The notes under the pieces: model-generated | The model's database searches: none | Told to the model about the DNA's origin: nothing | What the model saw: the letters and a program-made list of their open reading frames with translations, nothing else | Position numbers and translations under genes: made by a program | Shown here: positions 52,963-64,000 of the stretch, piece by piece | Numbering within the stretch: the stretch's first letter is position 1 | Layout: each line of letters opens with the position of its first letter | From: Rhina ancylostomus | Lineage: Eukaryota | NCBI GenBank assembly: GCA_030265395.1 | Contig: JARFYF010000001.1 | Coordinates: 101,261,427-101,325,426, forward strand | Length of the DNA: 64,000 nt | Direction: 5' to 3'

Positions 52963-53844
52963 GTAAGCTCAGTACAACTCATCAAGTACCTCTAGCACTA
53001 AATGTAGGTTACATTTTGAGGAGCAAGTGTTCAAAGTTTAAGAGAATAGTTGGATTTTACATGTTGAAAGAATTCCTGCAGAGAAAGTTTAAAAAGAAAA
53101 CTGCAAAGCTGTTGTGTAAAAGGAGTAATTTACAACATTTTGAAAATTGGGCACTTGTATAATATTTACTTTGTTCAATTAATAGAGGGTAATTTCAAGA
53201 ACTTTGGTCACTTTAAAAATCAATAACAAAAATTATAACTCTTAATATTCTTTAGTATTTGTTCTTATTGTTAGTAAAGGACATTTGCTTTTAAAAGAAG
53301 CTTTGATACCTGTGGACAAGTGATTTCCCCAACACAGTAATTGAGATTAACAAAACCACTTTTGAGGTTTGATACCATCCACTGTTCTATTTTTAATCCC
53401 TGACACAATGCTATGAACTTCTTCCACAAATTGTCACCATTCTAATACATTGGAGTTAAGTTCAAATTTATTACAAAATTAACTTGTTTCATAGTGTACA
53501 TGAAACTATTCATTCTTGGATACCCAACTGAGTATCCACTTTGGTCATGAGCCAAATGAATTGATGGATGAGTAAACCATATGATGTAGTACTGAGGCAT
53601 ACCATTGACAATGATTCCAAGTCCAGCTGATCTTGGATAAGGCAACTAATAGCATTAGTGTCTCTTTGATTCACTTGATAACAATAGAGAAATTATTCAT
53701 TGTTTCCACTCCTAGTTGTCTGGTGAAGCTGTGTAATGGTGTGTACATTTTTGGCTGTAAAGTGTCAACAGGTTGAAACTTAACCATGATATCTCTGTAG
53801 ACATCCACCATTATAGCTTCCTTTGAGGAATAGGTATTTCAGAA

Positions 53845-54436
53845 AAGTAAAGACCTGTGGGATCATTCTTCTTTGGCAATCCCTCAGATTGAGGCTGACG
53901 TACCTCCAGTCTAGCTTTGTGTGTTCTGAGGTCACTAATGGGTTCAATATGGGGAGCCCACACGCTTTCACTGATGGAGCAATTGGTGGCTATCAGATGA
54001 GTTAGCTGGGTAAGTTTGTGAGATGTCCTGCTCCTGCCACCCATGCAGTGCAGCTGTGTCGTTCTGATGTATGGCTTCTCGGTTTTCAATATCATTTCAA
54101 ATACTTTTTTCACCACTTTGAGTAGTTATAAGCCAGAGGGTCTCAGGAATCAGTGGGAATTCCATTTCACCTCAGAGTAACTATAATCAACAAAGGAGGT
54201 GTCTGATTGTGGCACTGAAGGAGTGGACTCCCTGCTGTCGGTCTTGGGGGAAGTCATGTCTAGGATCCTCCTCGTCCCCCTCCTCCCATTGGCCAAAGAA
54301 CTGCCCCTCGAATCACAGTACAAATTTCATCCATCTGGAGGTACAGGGGACATGATCATCACTGCATGATAACTCCGAGAAAAATGCAGGGAACAGCATT
54401 AGCCACTATAAGTAGCTTTTTTTTTTAACCTCACTA
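53845..54436. mobile_element. RTE LINE fragment with internal inversion (3' end on minus at about 53860-54170, RT piece on plus at about 54195-54436)
   Basis: Minus TNCSISESVWAPHIEPISDLRTHK matches 33260-33335; plus LAKELPLESQYKF..LREKCREQH matches 31890-32025. Confidence 0.7.
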
Positions 54437-55620
54437 TAGCTGGTCACGGAAATTAATCTCAATCTTATTTGAGATCATATCTTACAATGAATTACTACCT
54501 TCAATGGAGAAAAACAGGTTCTCAGGAAGTACAGTCTTGCTGAGAGTCTTGCAAAATATCTTTTTGGGGGGGAAATGCAATTTTAGAGATATGGAGATTA
54601 AAGTCCAGGGTTCTCAAAAATCAGTAATAACTGATGGCTGTAAATCACTTTTAATAAAGTGCTGGTTTAAACTTCTTGAGCATGTATCACACACCAAAAA
54701 TGTAACAATGCACCCAAAAAAATCTCAATTTGTAGATCTGTGCCACGAGAAAATAAAAAGCATTAGAGGAAGCAGGTTTGCATTTTCAAACTCTTTTTGC
54801 ATGAGTTTAAGTTTTGATGATCATGGTTGAAATATTTTAATAAATGAAATCCATCATTCTTCAACTGTTCTAAAGTGGGAGCACACAAAGGACAGATTTT
54901 GTGCTAAATGAGTGTAGTGCATGATTAAATTTATAGAAACACATGTCAGTTACAGTGCAATTGCTTTATTTTGTTCATTGGCAAATCAGCTTCAATATAA
55001 AATGTGCATCCATCATTTGTAATCCTAACTCTGGAACAGATTACAAGCATCATCTTTTGCATTGTGCGATGCACACGAATAAGTGGATTTAGAAAGCCAA
55101 GTGTTGAATTACAATATCATTTATCAAACTAACTTTGGAAGTGCACATGGATCTTAACTTATTTTTGGATGATATACAGATTGTCTGAGCATCTTAAAAT
55201 CTAGAAAAATAATATATTTCATGGAACTTTTGAACATTGGACTAGCTAAATATCCAGTATATACCATTAAATATATACAAATCCATGAATAACATTATTA
55301 AATTACTAATTAATAGAGTTAATTTTGAATCCTTTTTTATTAAGTAGTGAAACAAAAATATCTCCATGAAACAGATTTTGCTGCTTTACAACTCTTACAC
55401 TTGCACATGAATCAGCAGTCATTTGTTACTTTTATAGCCATTAGATTCATGAGAAAAAATTGACAGCTGCTGAAAATGTAGATGAAGCTTCATTTTAGTC
55501 TAATATTTTTTCTTGTTGGAATATATTTTCAATGCAATCATTTTCCATTGATAAGTACGTATTGCCATTAGTCTTATAGCTTTAGTCAATAACTTTGTTT
55601 GCCGTGCTTTTGCTTTGCAG

Positions 55621-55654
55621 CTCTGTTCCAAGAAACAAAAATCCATTCCAAGAG
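55621..55654 (+). CDS. SCFD1: SCFD1 coding exon, 34 nt
   Basis: gctttgcag|C TCT GTT...CAA GAG|gtaagt; SVPRNKNPFQE. Confidence 0.96.
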
Positions 55655-56819
55655 GTAAGTATGCTGCTCTCATAGTTTGGAGATACTCAACCACTTTTGC
55701 AAATTGTCTTAATGAATTTTGACACAAGCACTGAGGATACTGGAGAACTGTCAGGATAGTTGCAGCTGGTAAGCTACTGGAACCACATTGAAGCTATTAA
55801 ATTTGGATTTGCAAGTGGAAAGTCGTATCCTATGATAAATTTAGTGAAATGACGTTTTATAGCTGCAAAGAAATATAGTTGGGATATTTTCATATGTATA
55901 AACTAAATCAATAAGTGTCATATGTTCTTTTGCTGTCACTATGTGCTGGCTAAATGTTTCAAAGTACAGCAGTTTATTTTTACTTTATTCTGATATTTAT
56001 TGTTGATTTAGGTTGCATTGGAGCATGATGCCTCAGTATGTGGATGTATTAACATTTAGGTGTTAACACTGAGGGACTTAATTTTATTTATCAAGTAATC
56101 TCTAATCTTGTCTAACCTCAAATATCCTCCATCACAGTAGAACAGAAGTTCAGCCAAGATTTATCCCAGTTTCTGCACCAATGTTTTTTGATGGGAATAA
56201 TTTGCTCCAACTTTTTTGAGGAGCTGATTAGCCAATGTTTTCCAGTAGCTTTGTTCTGATTTGTATGTAGCTTGGGAAGGCCATGCCGTCTGTTTAGTTC
56301 ACCTGAAAGCAACAAAGTATATCTGTGAGTTTTTGCAGTGAGACTAAAAAAGCATTGGGTAAGTGCAGGTTCAGTAAGTACCTATTTTAATGCACTCAAA
56401 TTCACAACAGTGGTTGGATTATTATTGACCTGCCTGCTACACAAATGTACTGCTCTCATCCCTGTACACCCACAGTGTGGTATGATGGAGGCATACAAGT
56501 TGATCCCCGGCAGCATCCCTGAGCAGTCTCATGAGGTGAAGTAGTAGCAAGCAGTTAGCATGTCCTGGGGCCTTGCTCCAGAAAAGTTGAGCAATTTTGA
56601 CAACTTTCCAACCACAAACATTGAGAAATTATTGAAATAGATATAAATAATAAAATAAAAATGAACTAAACTAATCAAAACTTTTTAAATAAATAAATAC
56701 ATTAAAATACAGTGAAATAAGTCAAACACTTGCCTGCACTTCTTTTCTTCACAGCATCACAGACTGCACTGAAGTGAAGTAATGCTATTACGAGAGTAAT
56801 GGTATTCATGGTAAACATT

Positions 56820-57171
56820 ACGAGAGGTAATGTGCAGCTATGTAGGACCCTGGTCAGACCCCACTTGGAGTACTGTGCTCATTTCTGGTCACCTCACTAC
56901 AGGAAGGATATGGAAGCCATAGAAAGGGTGCAGAAGAGATTTACAAGGATGTTGACTGGATTGGGGAGCATGCCTTATGAAAACAGGTTGAGTAAACTCG
57001 GCCTTTTCTCCTTGGAGCAACGGAGGATGAGAGGTGACCTGATAGAGGTGTATAAGATGATAAGAGGCATTGATTATGTGGATAGTCAGAGGCTTTTTTC
57101 CCAGGGCTGAAATAGTTGCCACAAGAGGACACAGGTTTAAGGTGCTGGGGAGTAGGTACAGAGGAGATGTC
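56820..57171 (+). mobile_element. Relatively young CR1 LINE, 5'-truncated, running into a gap
   Basis: TLVRPHLEYCAHFWSPHYRKDMEAIERVQKRFTRMLTGLGSMPYENRLSKLGLFSLEQRRMRGDLIEVYKMIRG. Confidence 0.92.
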
Positions 57172-58104
57172 NNNNNNNNNNNNNNNNNNNNNNNNNNNNN
57201 NNNNNNNNNNNNNNNNNNNNNNNNNNNNNNNNNNNNNNNNNNNNNNNNNNNNNNNNNNNNNNNNNNNNNNNNNNNNNNNNNNNNNNNNNNNNNNNNNNNN
57301 NNNNNNNNNNNNNNNNNNNNNNNNNNNNNNNNNNNNNNNNNNNNNNNNNNNNNNNNNNNNNNNNNNNNNNNNNNNNNNNNNNNNNNNNNNNNNNNNNNNN
57401 NNNNNNNNNNNNNNNNNNNNNNNNNNNNNNNNNNNNNNNNNNNNNNNNNNNNNNNNNNNNNNNNNNNNNNNNNNNNNNNNNNNNNNNNNNNNNNNNNNNN
57501 NNNNNNNNNNNNNNNNNNNNNNNNNNNNNNNNNNNNNNNNNNNNNNNNNNNNNNNNNNNNNNNNNNNNNNNNNNNNNNNNNNNNNNNNNNNNNNNNNNNN
57601 NNNNNNNNNNNNNNNNNNNNNNNNNNNNNNNNNNNNNNNNNNNNNNNNNNNNNNNNNNNNNNNNNNNNNNNNNNNNNNNNNNNNNNNNNNNNNNNNNNNN
57701 NNNNNNNNNNNNNNNNNNNNNNNNNNNNNNNNNNNNNNNNNNNNNNNNNNNNNNNNNNNNNNNNNNNNNNNNNNNNNNNNNNNNNNNNNNNNNNNNNNNN
57801 NNNNNNNNNNNNNNNNNNNNNNNNNNNNNNNNNNNNNNNNNNNNNNNNNNNNNNNNNNNNNNNNNNNNNNNNNNNNNNNNNNNNNNNNNNNNNNNNNNNN
57901 NNNNNNNNNNNNNNNNNNNNNNNNNNNNNNNNNNNNNNNNNNNNNNNNNNNNNNNNNNNNNNNNNNNNNNNNNNNNNNNNNNNNNNNNNNNNNNNNNNNN
58001 NNNNNNNNNNNNNNNNNNNNNNNNNNNNNNNNNNNNNNNNNNNNNNNNNNNNNNNNNNNNNNNNNNNNNNNNNNNNNNNNNNNNNNNNNNNNNNNNNNNN
58101 NNNN

Positions 58105-58756
58105 TGGTCAAATCACATGGATGCCATGGCCAAGAAAGCTCACCAGCGCCTCTACTTCCTCAGGAGGCTAAAGAAATTTGGCATGTCCCCTTTGACACCA
58201 ATTTTTATTGATGCACCATAGAAAGCATCCTATCTGGATGCATCATGGCTCGGTATGGCAACCACTCTGCCCAGGATTCCAAGAAAATGCAGAGAGTTGT
58301 GGACACAGCCCAGCATTTCACGGAAACCAGCCTCCGTTACATGGATCTGTCCATACCTCTCGCTGCCTTGGTGAAGCAGCCAGCATAATCAAAGACCCCT
58401 CCCACCTAGGTCATTCTCTCCCCTCTCCCATCAGGCAGAAGATACAGGAGCCTGAGGGTACATACTGCCAAACTCAAGGACAGCTTCTATTCCACGGTGA
58501 TAAGACTATTGAATAGTTCCCTTATATGATGAGATGGATTCTTGACCTCATAAGCTACCTTGTTATGACCTTGCACCTTATTGTCTACCTGCACTGCACT
58601 TCCTCTGTAGCTGTGACAATTTACTCTGTATTCTGTTATTGTTTTTACCCTGTACTACCTCAATGCACTGTGTAATGAACTGATCTGTACGAACAGTATG
58701 CAAGTCAAGTTTTTCACAGTACCTTGGTACAAGTGACAATAATAAACTAATACCAA
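58105..58756 (+). mobile_element. Rex1/Babar-type LINE 3' end
   Basis: WSNHMDAMAKKAHQRLYFLRRLKKFGMSP; AASIIKDPSHLGHS; 3'UTR ending gtgacaataataaactaatacc. Confidence 0.9.
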
Positions 58757-61700
58757 AGTTAGATAAATGGACTTCAGAGAGTTCAGCAGGCACATTTCTG
58801 AAGTAGTGCAAATGATTGAATTTCATTAAATTACTTGGGTGAAAAACCTTAATAAATCAAGGAGGAGATAGTATAATATCATTCTTGCACTGCAGTTACC
58901 AAAAACTTATAGAAATTTAATGCCTGTGTTCAAATGCTTTGTGAAGTTTTTAATTCCATCCATTGTGCTTTCTCCAATGTCATTAATTCTCTTTCTGTTT
59001 GTCTGAGGTAAATTTTTTACGCATTGTACTGTAAGAAGGTTATGAATAAGCAGATTAGAGGAAATAATTCTACCAACACAGCTAATTCACCTTTCCATCC
59101 TTCATTATCTGTCGAAGGAATTTGGTTTTAATGTAATTGTAGTATGACTGTAGGCTTAAAAATTAATGTCATCAAAGTAGTTACACAATGATATTGCCAC
59201 CAAGATGACAGCTTCAATCACTTACAGTTCATATATCAACAATCCTTTTGAATATTACACGGTCTAATGCTTAAGCATCTGTGGTATTCAATTCTTACTA
59301 ACTTCCTATTTTGTCTTGGGTCCAAGTTTTGAACTCTACCAGCAATTGTAGAACTTATTATAAACTTTCCTAAACCTGTATTCATTATCAAGTCCCATCC
59401 CCTATGTTGTTTATCTCCTTATGATAATATGCGTGCTTCAAAGCTGCACATGATGAAATCTATAGCATTTCAGAACACCAGAACAAAAACAGTTCATAGA
59501 ATAAAATAATATATAGCTTGTGATATTTGGTCATTCAGGTTATGAGCAAGGAGCTTTTAGCACTTGAAAATTCGTTCACTCTTTGAATCATCTCAAGCCA
59601 AGGCCGTCAGAGATGAATGAAAGAATTGTTATAGATACTTTTGAAGGAGAAGGACTTCTGGAATTATGAAGGTTTGAAAGCCCAGCAAGGGACACCTGGA
59701 GAAATGTCTTCCAGATATGTGTTTCTGTGGCTATAGAAATGAGGTCAAAGTATGCACATACAGTATTGCCAACTGTTAGTAAGTTGTGTTGGTGATGAAT
59801 GAGATCTCAGACTTGAGGCTCAGTTCTAAGTCAAATAAAATGCTGCATTTCAACACTGATCAGGAAAAGGAGGAACTTTCTTCTTCAATGAGAGATATGT
59901 GGCAGGAACAGATGACAATTGCTTTGCTAATCCTGGTTGTGTTCTGGCTCAGCCTTGAATTAATATCAAGTTTGCAAGCTAACATTTTAAAGGGACAGTA
60001 AAGGGAAACAATGAAGATCTGGACTGAGAGATTGTGATGATGCACATGGATTGTGTGACGGTATCAGGAAAAGAATAGGAATGGGTCAAAAATGAATGTT
60101 TATGAAGCTTGGAAAGCAACAGAGTTGGATGGCAAATTTGTTGTTAGAGATAAAATAGCTGAATTGAGAGTTTTGGACAATCCCAGGGAAAGAAATCAGT
60201 GGAGAAAATATGTACATGGTCAGTGATGTGATTGTTTCAGAATGTCTGAGAACCACAATAAAGTTTATCCCTATGGACATTGAGAACAAAAGATAAAGTT
60301 AATGGAAAAAGCAAGCTCTGATCAAAATAAAATATTAAAAATATGTTTCAGATGTTACTGGTGGTTCCCAATGATTCCCAATGTATAGAGTTTGATCTGT
60401 TATATCATCTGTTGTGACCAAAGCTCAAGCACTAGTTGGAGCTGAGGGATGCTTTCTGTTGACTATTCTTTTGTCTCTGGTCTGTTGATAAATTGATAAA
60501 GGTTCACCAACAGCCTTCTTGTCCTTCCTCCTAGTCTTGTATTAATGTATGCCACAGGGCAATAAACCTGAACAGAAGGAAGTTAATACATTGGGCTGGA
60601 TCATCCTTGACTTGATCCACTGCTTAGATTTGCTGCCTATGGTGTCTACTCACTTGCACTTTTTTAAGATGCAGAGGGCTGGACTAGCTGACCCTCCACA
60701 CACCCAACAAGGCACTGTATCCTGAGATGTAACCCTTGAATGTGATGACAGCATTTGAACTGTTTGAAAATATCTCTGATAACCAGAGACATTAAAAACT
60801 ATTCAAATAGATTTGAATAATTTAAAAAGAATAAGTTTTTACATCTTTGTAATCTTTTAGGAAAATACCTTAAAATAATTAAAAACATAAAATGAAATAG
60901 CTAAAGCAGTTATCTGCAGTCACCATTTTTCCATTGGAGTCCAGAGCCTCTCCTCAGCACTTTAGTGCTCCACAGTTGAGCTGAATGGTGAGTTCGGTGA
61001 TAGAGCGAACAATCAGATGCTTTGCCCTCAGGCCTGCAGCTCATCTTGGACACGTGGGGAAGTTCGAGACCAGCTAAGGTCTGAAGGATAGAAGGGTCAC
61101 TATCTGTCAATTGCGCCTTTTGCAAAAAAAACTACATTTATAATAACCATGCAATCTTTTTAGGCTGGTTTGCCTCATGCCAGATTTCTGGTGTGCTGGG
61201 AGAATCATAAGATAACACCTACACTATGAACTTATAATAATTTATTGTATCTTATAGTTGCTTTTTTGTCCTTTTTTAATATATCCTGATGAAACAAATA
61301 CTCCTAGATATGTGCATTTATCCTTTGTAATAGACTAACACATCATGATTGGATTCTAGTAATTCAAAAACAACCTTAAAAACATTCTTATATCTTTTTT
61401 CACGATGCTAAATTTATATTTAAGACCTTCACTATCAATTATTATTGTTGCGTTTTACATTGTATATTTGTTTCTAATGTCTCTTTCAAATAGAGCTTTT
61501 GCAAAGAGATTGAAATAAAAATCCTTTAAGTAGCTTTATGTAGCCAGGGAGATAAAGCAGTTGATCTAGTGTTGTTTACTGAATAGTCCTTTACATCCAT
61601 TGTCCCTAATCTGGGATTATTGATTCATATGGAGGTTTATGTGTTTTCTGAGTTCAATTCAGTTTGAACTAGTTTGAGTGCAGCTTTCTCTGACACTTTT

Positions 61701-62627
61701 AATCACAATACATCAATAAACCAGCATTAAAGAAAAAGACTAAGATATCAAATAATATTCCCCTCAAGTTTATGCTTTATTTTTCAAGGGATTGTCAATC
61801 ATTAAAATTGACATCAAAATTCCCAAGTAGCCTAGTGGGTAAAAGCACCATTCCCACAAAACCTCCCAGCTTCAGATCTGTGTCAAATTCATTGAGCTTG
61901 GCAGGAAGTTTTAAAATTCTGCCCTTGGCCTTAACATCTATGGGTGAGGAGGGGGACAAATCAGCATGTTTGCAGCTGTTGGTGGTTGTCCATTTACCCT
62001 GTTGTAAAATCCAAGTATATAAATGATGGGTAAACACAGATCTACATTACTCTTGATGGTCACTTTGCCTGTCAACATTTTTTGTTTACAGTAATTACCC
62101 AAGGAATGACATTTTGGGGCTAAGTGTCAGCATCCACAAACTTGACAAGAATCAGAAAGAAAAACATTGGGTGGGAGAAATTAACAAAAACTTCATTAGG
62201 AAATAATAGTGGTGTGTAAGTTTTATCTATTTCACAATATTAACTATACTTGCATCTTTAAAATATAATAAAAGCATTCCATGCCAATACTGATCATTAA
62301 AATTGGGATCCAGGCAGTGATATATTCAGTTAGCAACAATATGTTCTGCCTTTCATGCAAAATGCAGTGGTAAGCTTTAAGAAAAATAATTTTTAAAATG
62401 GAAAAAGTAATTTAACATCATACAATCCCTATTAGTGTAATACCATAAGAATTATATAATCCTATTTAGTTCCAAGTTTTGGCAAATTTATCTAGGTTTG
62501 AATAATTGAATTTTATTTTCCATGTAACTGAAACAAGGAAATTGGGCATAATTGTTGCTGCTAGTTGTAATGTACTCCAAAATGTTTTTCACATTTTACA
62601 TTTAAATATTAGAAATAATTGTATTAT

Positions 62628-62992
62628 CTTAAAATAAAAATAGAAAATGCTGGAAATACTCAATATTGGGAAGAGAAACAGAGTTAATGTTGCAAGTCAA
62701 TGACCCTTCATCAGAACTCTTTTGGCCAATACCTTAATAAAGATAAGAAAGAGAGACGATGGAGGGTGAATAAGGCAAGAGAGAAAGATGAAAATCCCAT
62801 TGGAGAGCAGGGTAAAGCATCAGTTAAGGCATTCCTGGCAGTGAATTCAATAAGTAAGAGAAAATAAAAATAAACTGCAGTTGCTGGAAATCTAAAACAG
62901 AAAATGCTAGAAGTACTCGGCAAATCAGGTCACGGTCTGTGGTAAGAGAAAAAGAGTTAACGTTTCAGGTCAAAGACCCTTCAGTAGAACAG
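62628..62992 (-). repeat. Two tandem Penelope-type terminal repeats, each with a hammerhead relic
   Basis: agaaaatgctggaaatactca...gagttaatgttgcaagtcaatgacccttcatcagaac, then agaaaatgctagaagtactcg...gagttaacgtttcaggtcaaagacccttcagtagaac. Confidence 0.75.
62680..62720 (-). ncRNA. Minimal type I hammerhead ribozyme motif (relic; GAAA mutated to GCAA)
   Basis: Minus: AGAGTT-CTGATGA-A-GGGTC-ATT-GACTT-GCAA-CATT-AACTCT; 6-bp helix I closes the motif. Confidence 0.55.
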
Positions 62993-63204
62993 CTTTGTCT
63001 CTCTTTCCTTGCTTGCCCTCAGTGGTGTGTCATTCCCTTCTTGTCTTTGATAATTGTATGAGCTTGTCTGTCTTTGCATTCACCTTGATCTTCATTTAAC
63101 CTTAAGAAATCAGTTAAAAACTTTACGTAGGGCAAAAGACACTAACATTTCACTAAGTATCGTGTTATGGTCCAGATGACAATATGAGTTTGTTTATTTT
63201 CTAG

Positions 63205-63270
63205 GCCATCGTCTTTGTTGTTGGTGGTGGAAATTATATTGAATATCAAAACCTTGTTGACTACACAAAG
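63205..63270 (+). CDS. SCFD1: SCFD1 coding exon, 66 nt (last recognisable one in window; gene continues beyond 64000)
   Basis: ttttctag|GCC ATC...ACA AAG|gtaaga; AIVFVVGGGNYIEYQNLVDYTK, containing the Sec1-family VFVVGG motif. Confidence 0.97.
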
Positions 63271-63665
63271 GTAAGACAATATTTAATATGGGGATAAGCA
63301 TAACATACTTAAGAATGCATAGTGAGCAAAGAGCCAGTATCTTTCAAATGCCAATAGTCCTCAGGAGAAGCAAGGGACAGTGAAAGTTCCATTCAACTGA
63401 AAAAATAAACTTCAAGCTGCTTCGTGTGTGGAAAGGTAAAATAGACTTGGACCAATGGAACTATTAATTCCACATTAGTAACTTGCAAAATAAATACTAA
63501 AAGAAAGTTGAGTATCTAAATGGAAATAACTCATCAACAGCACTGATCATTGTTTCAGTTTGTGTGGACTACAAAACCGTCACGGATCGCATGGGCTGTT
63601 CATTCTGATGTTGTGCTGCGTATCTTGTGTGATATTCTGAAACTAAGAGAGAATTTGCAAAACAT

Positions 63666-63789
63666 AAAAAATCAATTTAAAACTTCATGGCAGATAAAAA
63701 GGACTAAAGTTTAAATGAATATTGTGTTATGGTCCAGAAGAGAATTTGAGTTAGTTTGTTCATTTTGTAGGCCATTGCCTTTGTTGCTG
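63666..63789 (+). pseudogene. Diverged tandem duplicate of the SCFD1 intron end, acceptor and first about 6 codons of exon 63205-63270
   Basis: gtgttatggtccagaagagaatttgagttagtttgttcattttgtag|gccattgcctttgttgctg aligns with 63162-63223 gtgttatggtccagatgacaatatgagtttgtttattttctag|gccatcgtctttgttgttg. Confidence 0.85.
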
Positions 63790-64000
63790 TACTCCCCACT
63801 TGCCTGAATGAGCATGTAGAAGATGTAGCCAGGTTGACTGGCATCTCATCCACCCACCTAAACATTCATTACTTCCCACAATGTAGTTTAATTGCATCTA
63901 CATATGCACTGCGTAGGCTACTCTGCCAACAATTCCAAAACTGGCAAACTTTACCACTGAGGGGGAGAATAGCAGCAGGCATGAAGGAACACCACCTCCT
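63790..64000 (+). mobile_element. Old LINE ORF2 C-terminal remnant abutting the duplicated exon start
   Basis: VARLTGISSTHLNIH...RRLLCQQFQNWQTLPLRGRIAAGMKEHHL; nucleotide similarity to the reverse complement of 49670-49715. Confidence 0.55.

Noticed and set aside
59560-60260. Possible L2-like remnant on the minus strand
   Set aside because: Composition is suggestive but no diagnostic motif could be read with confidence

Overview
Eukaryotic, gap-rich (N-run) scaffold from a cartilaginous fish, most likely a batoid judging by the repeat families; the species cannot be established from sequence alone. The whole window lies inside one + strand gene, SCFD1 (Sly1, Sec1/Munc18 family). Thirteen coding exons (4895-63270, 981 nt, 327 codons) splice in frame without stops and match roughly residues 286-612 of vertebrate SCFD1 as I recall it; the first and last exons lie outside the window. 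Introns hold decayed retroelements: CR1, Rex1/Babar, RTE, L2-like and Penelope-like elements, V-SINEs, a Deu-SINE and two copies of an LTR-like element. Most notable: (1) about a dozen Penelope-derived terminal repeats carrying relics of a minimal type I hammerhead ribozyme, often in tandem or inverted pairs; (2) a TG..CA element with a 4-bp TSD inserted in one hammerhead's helix III/cleavage region; (3) a GC-AG intron containing a 92-bp near-perfect inverted duplication; (4) a duplicated SCFD1 acceptor and exon start fused in frame to a LINE remnant and open to the window end. No CRISPR array, tRNA or rRNA gene is supported.
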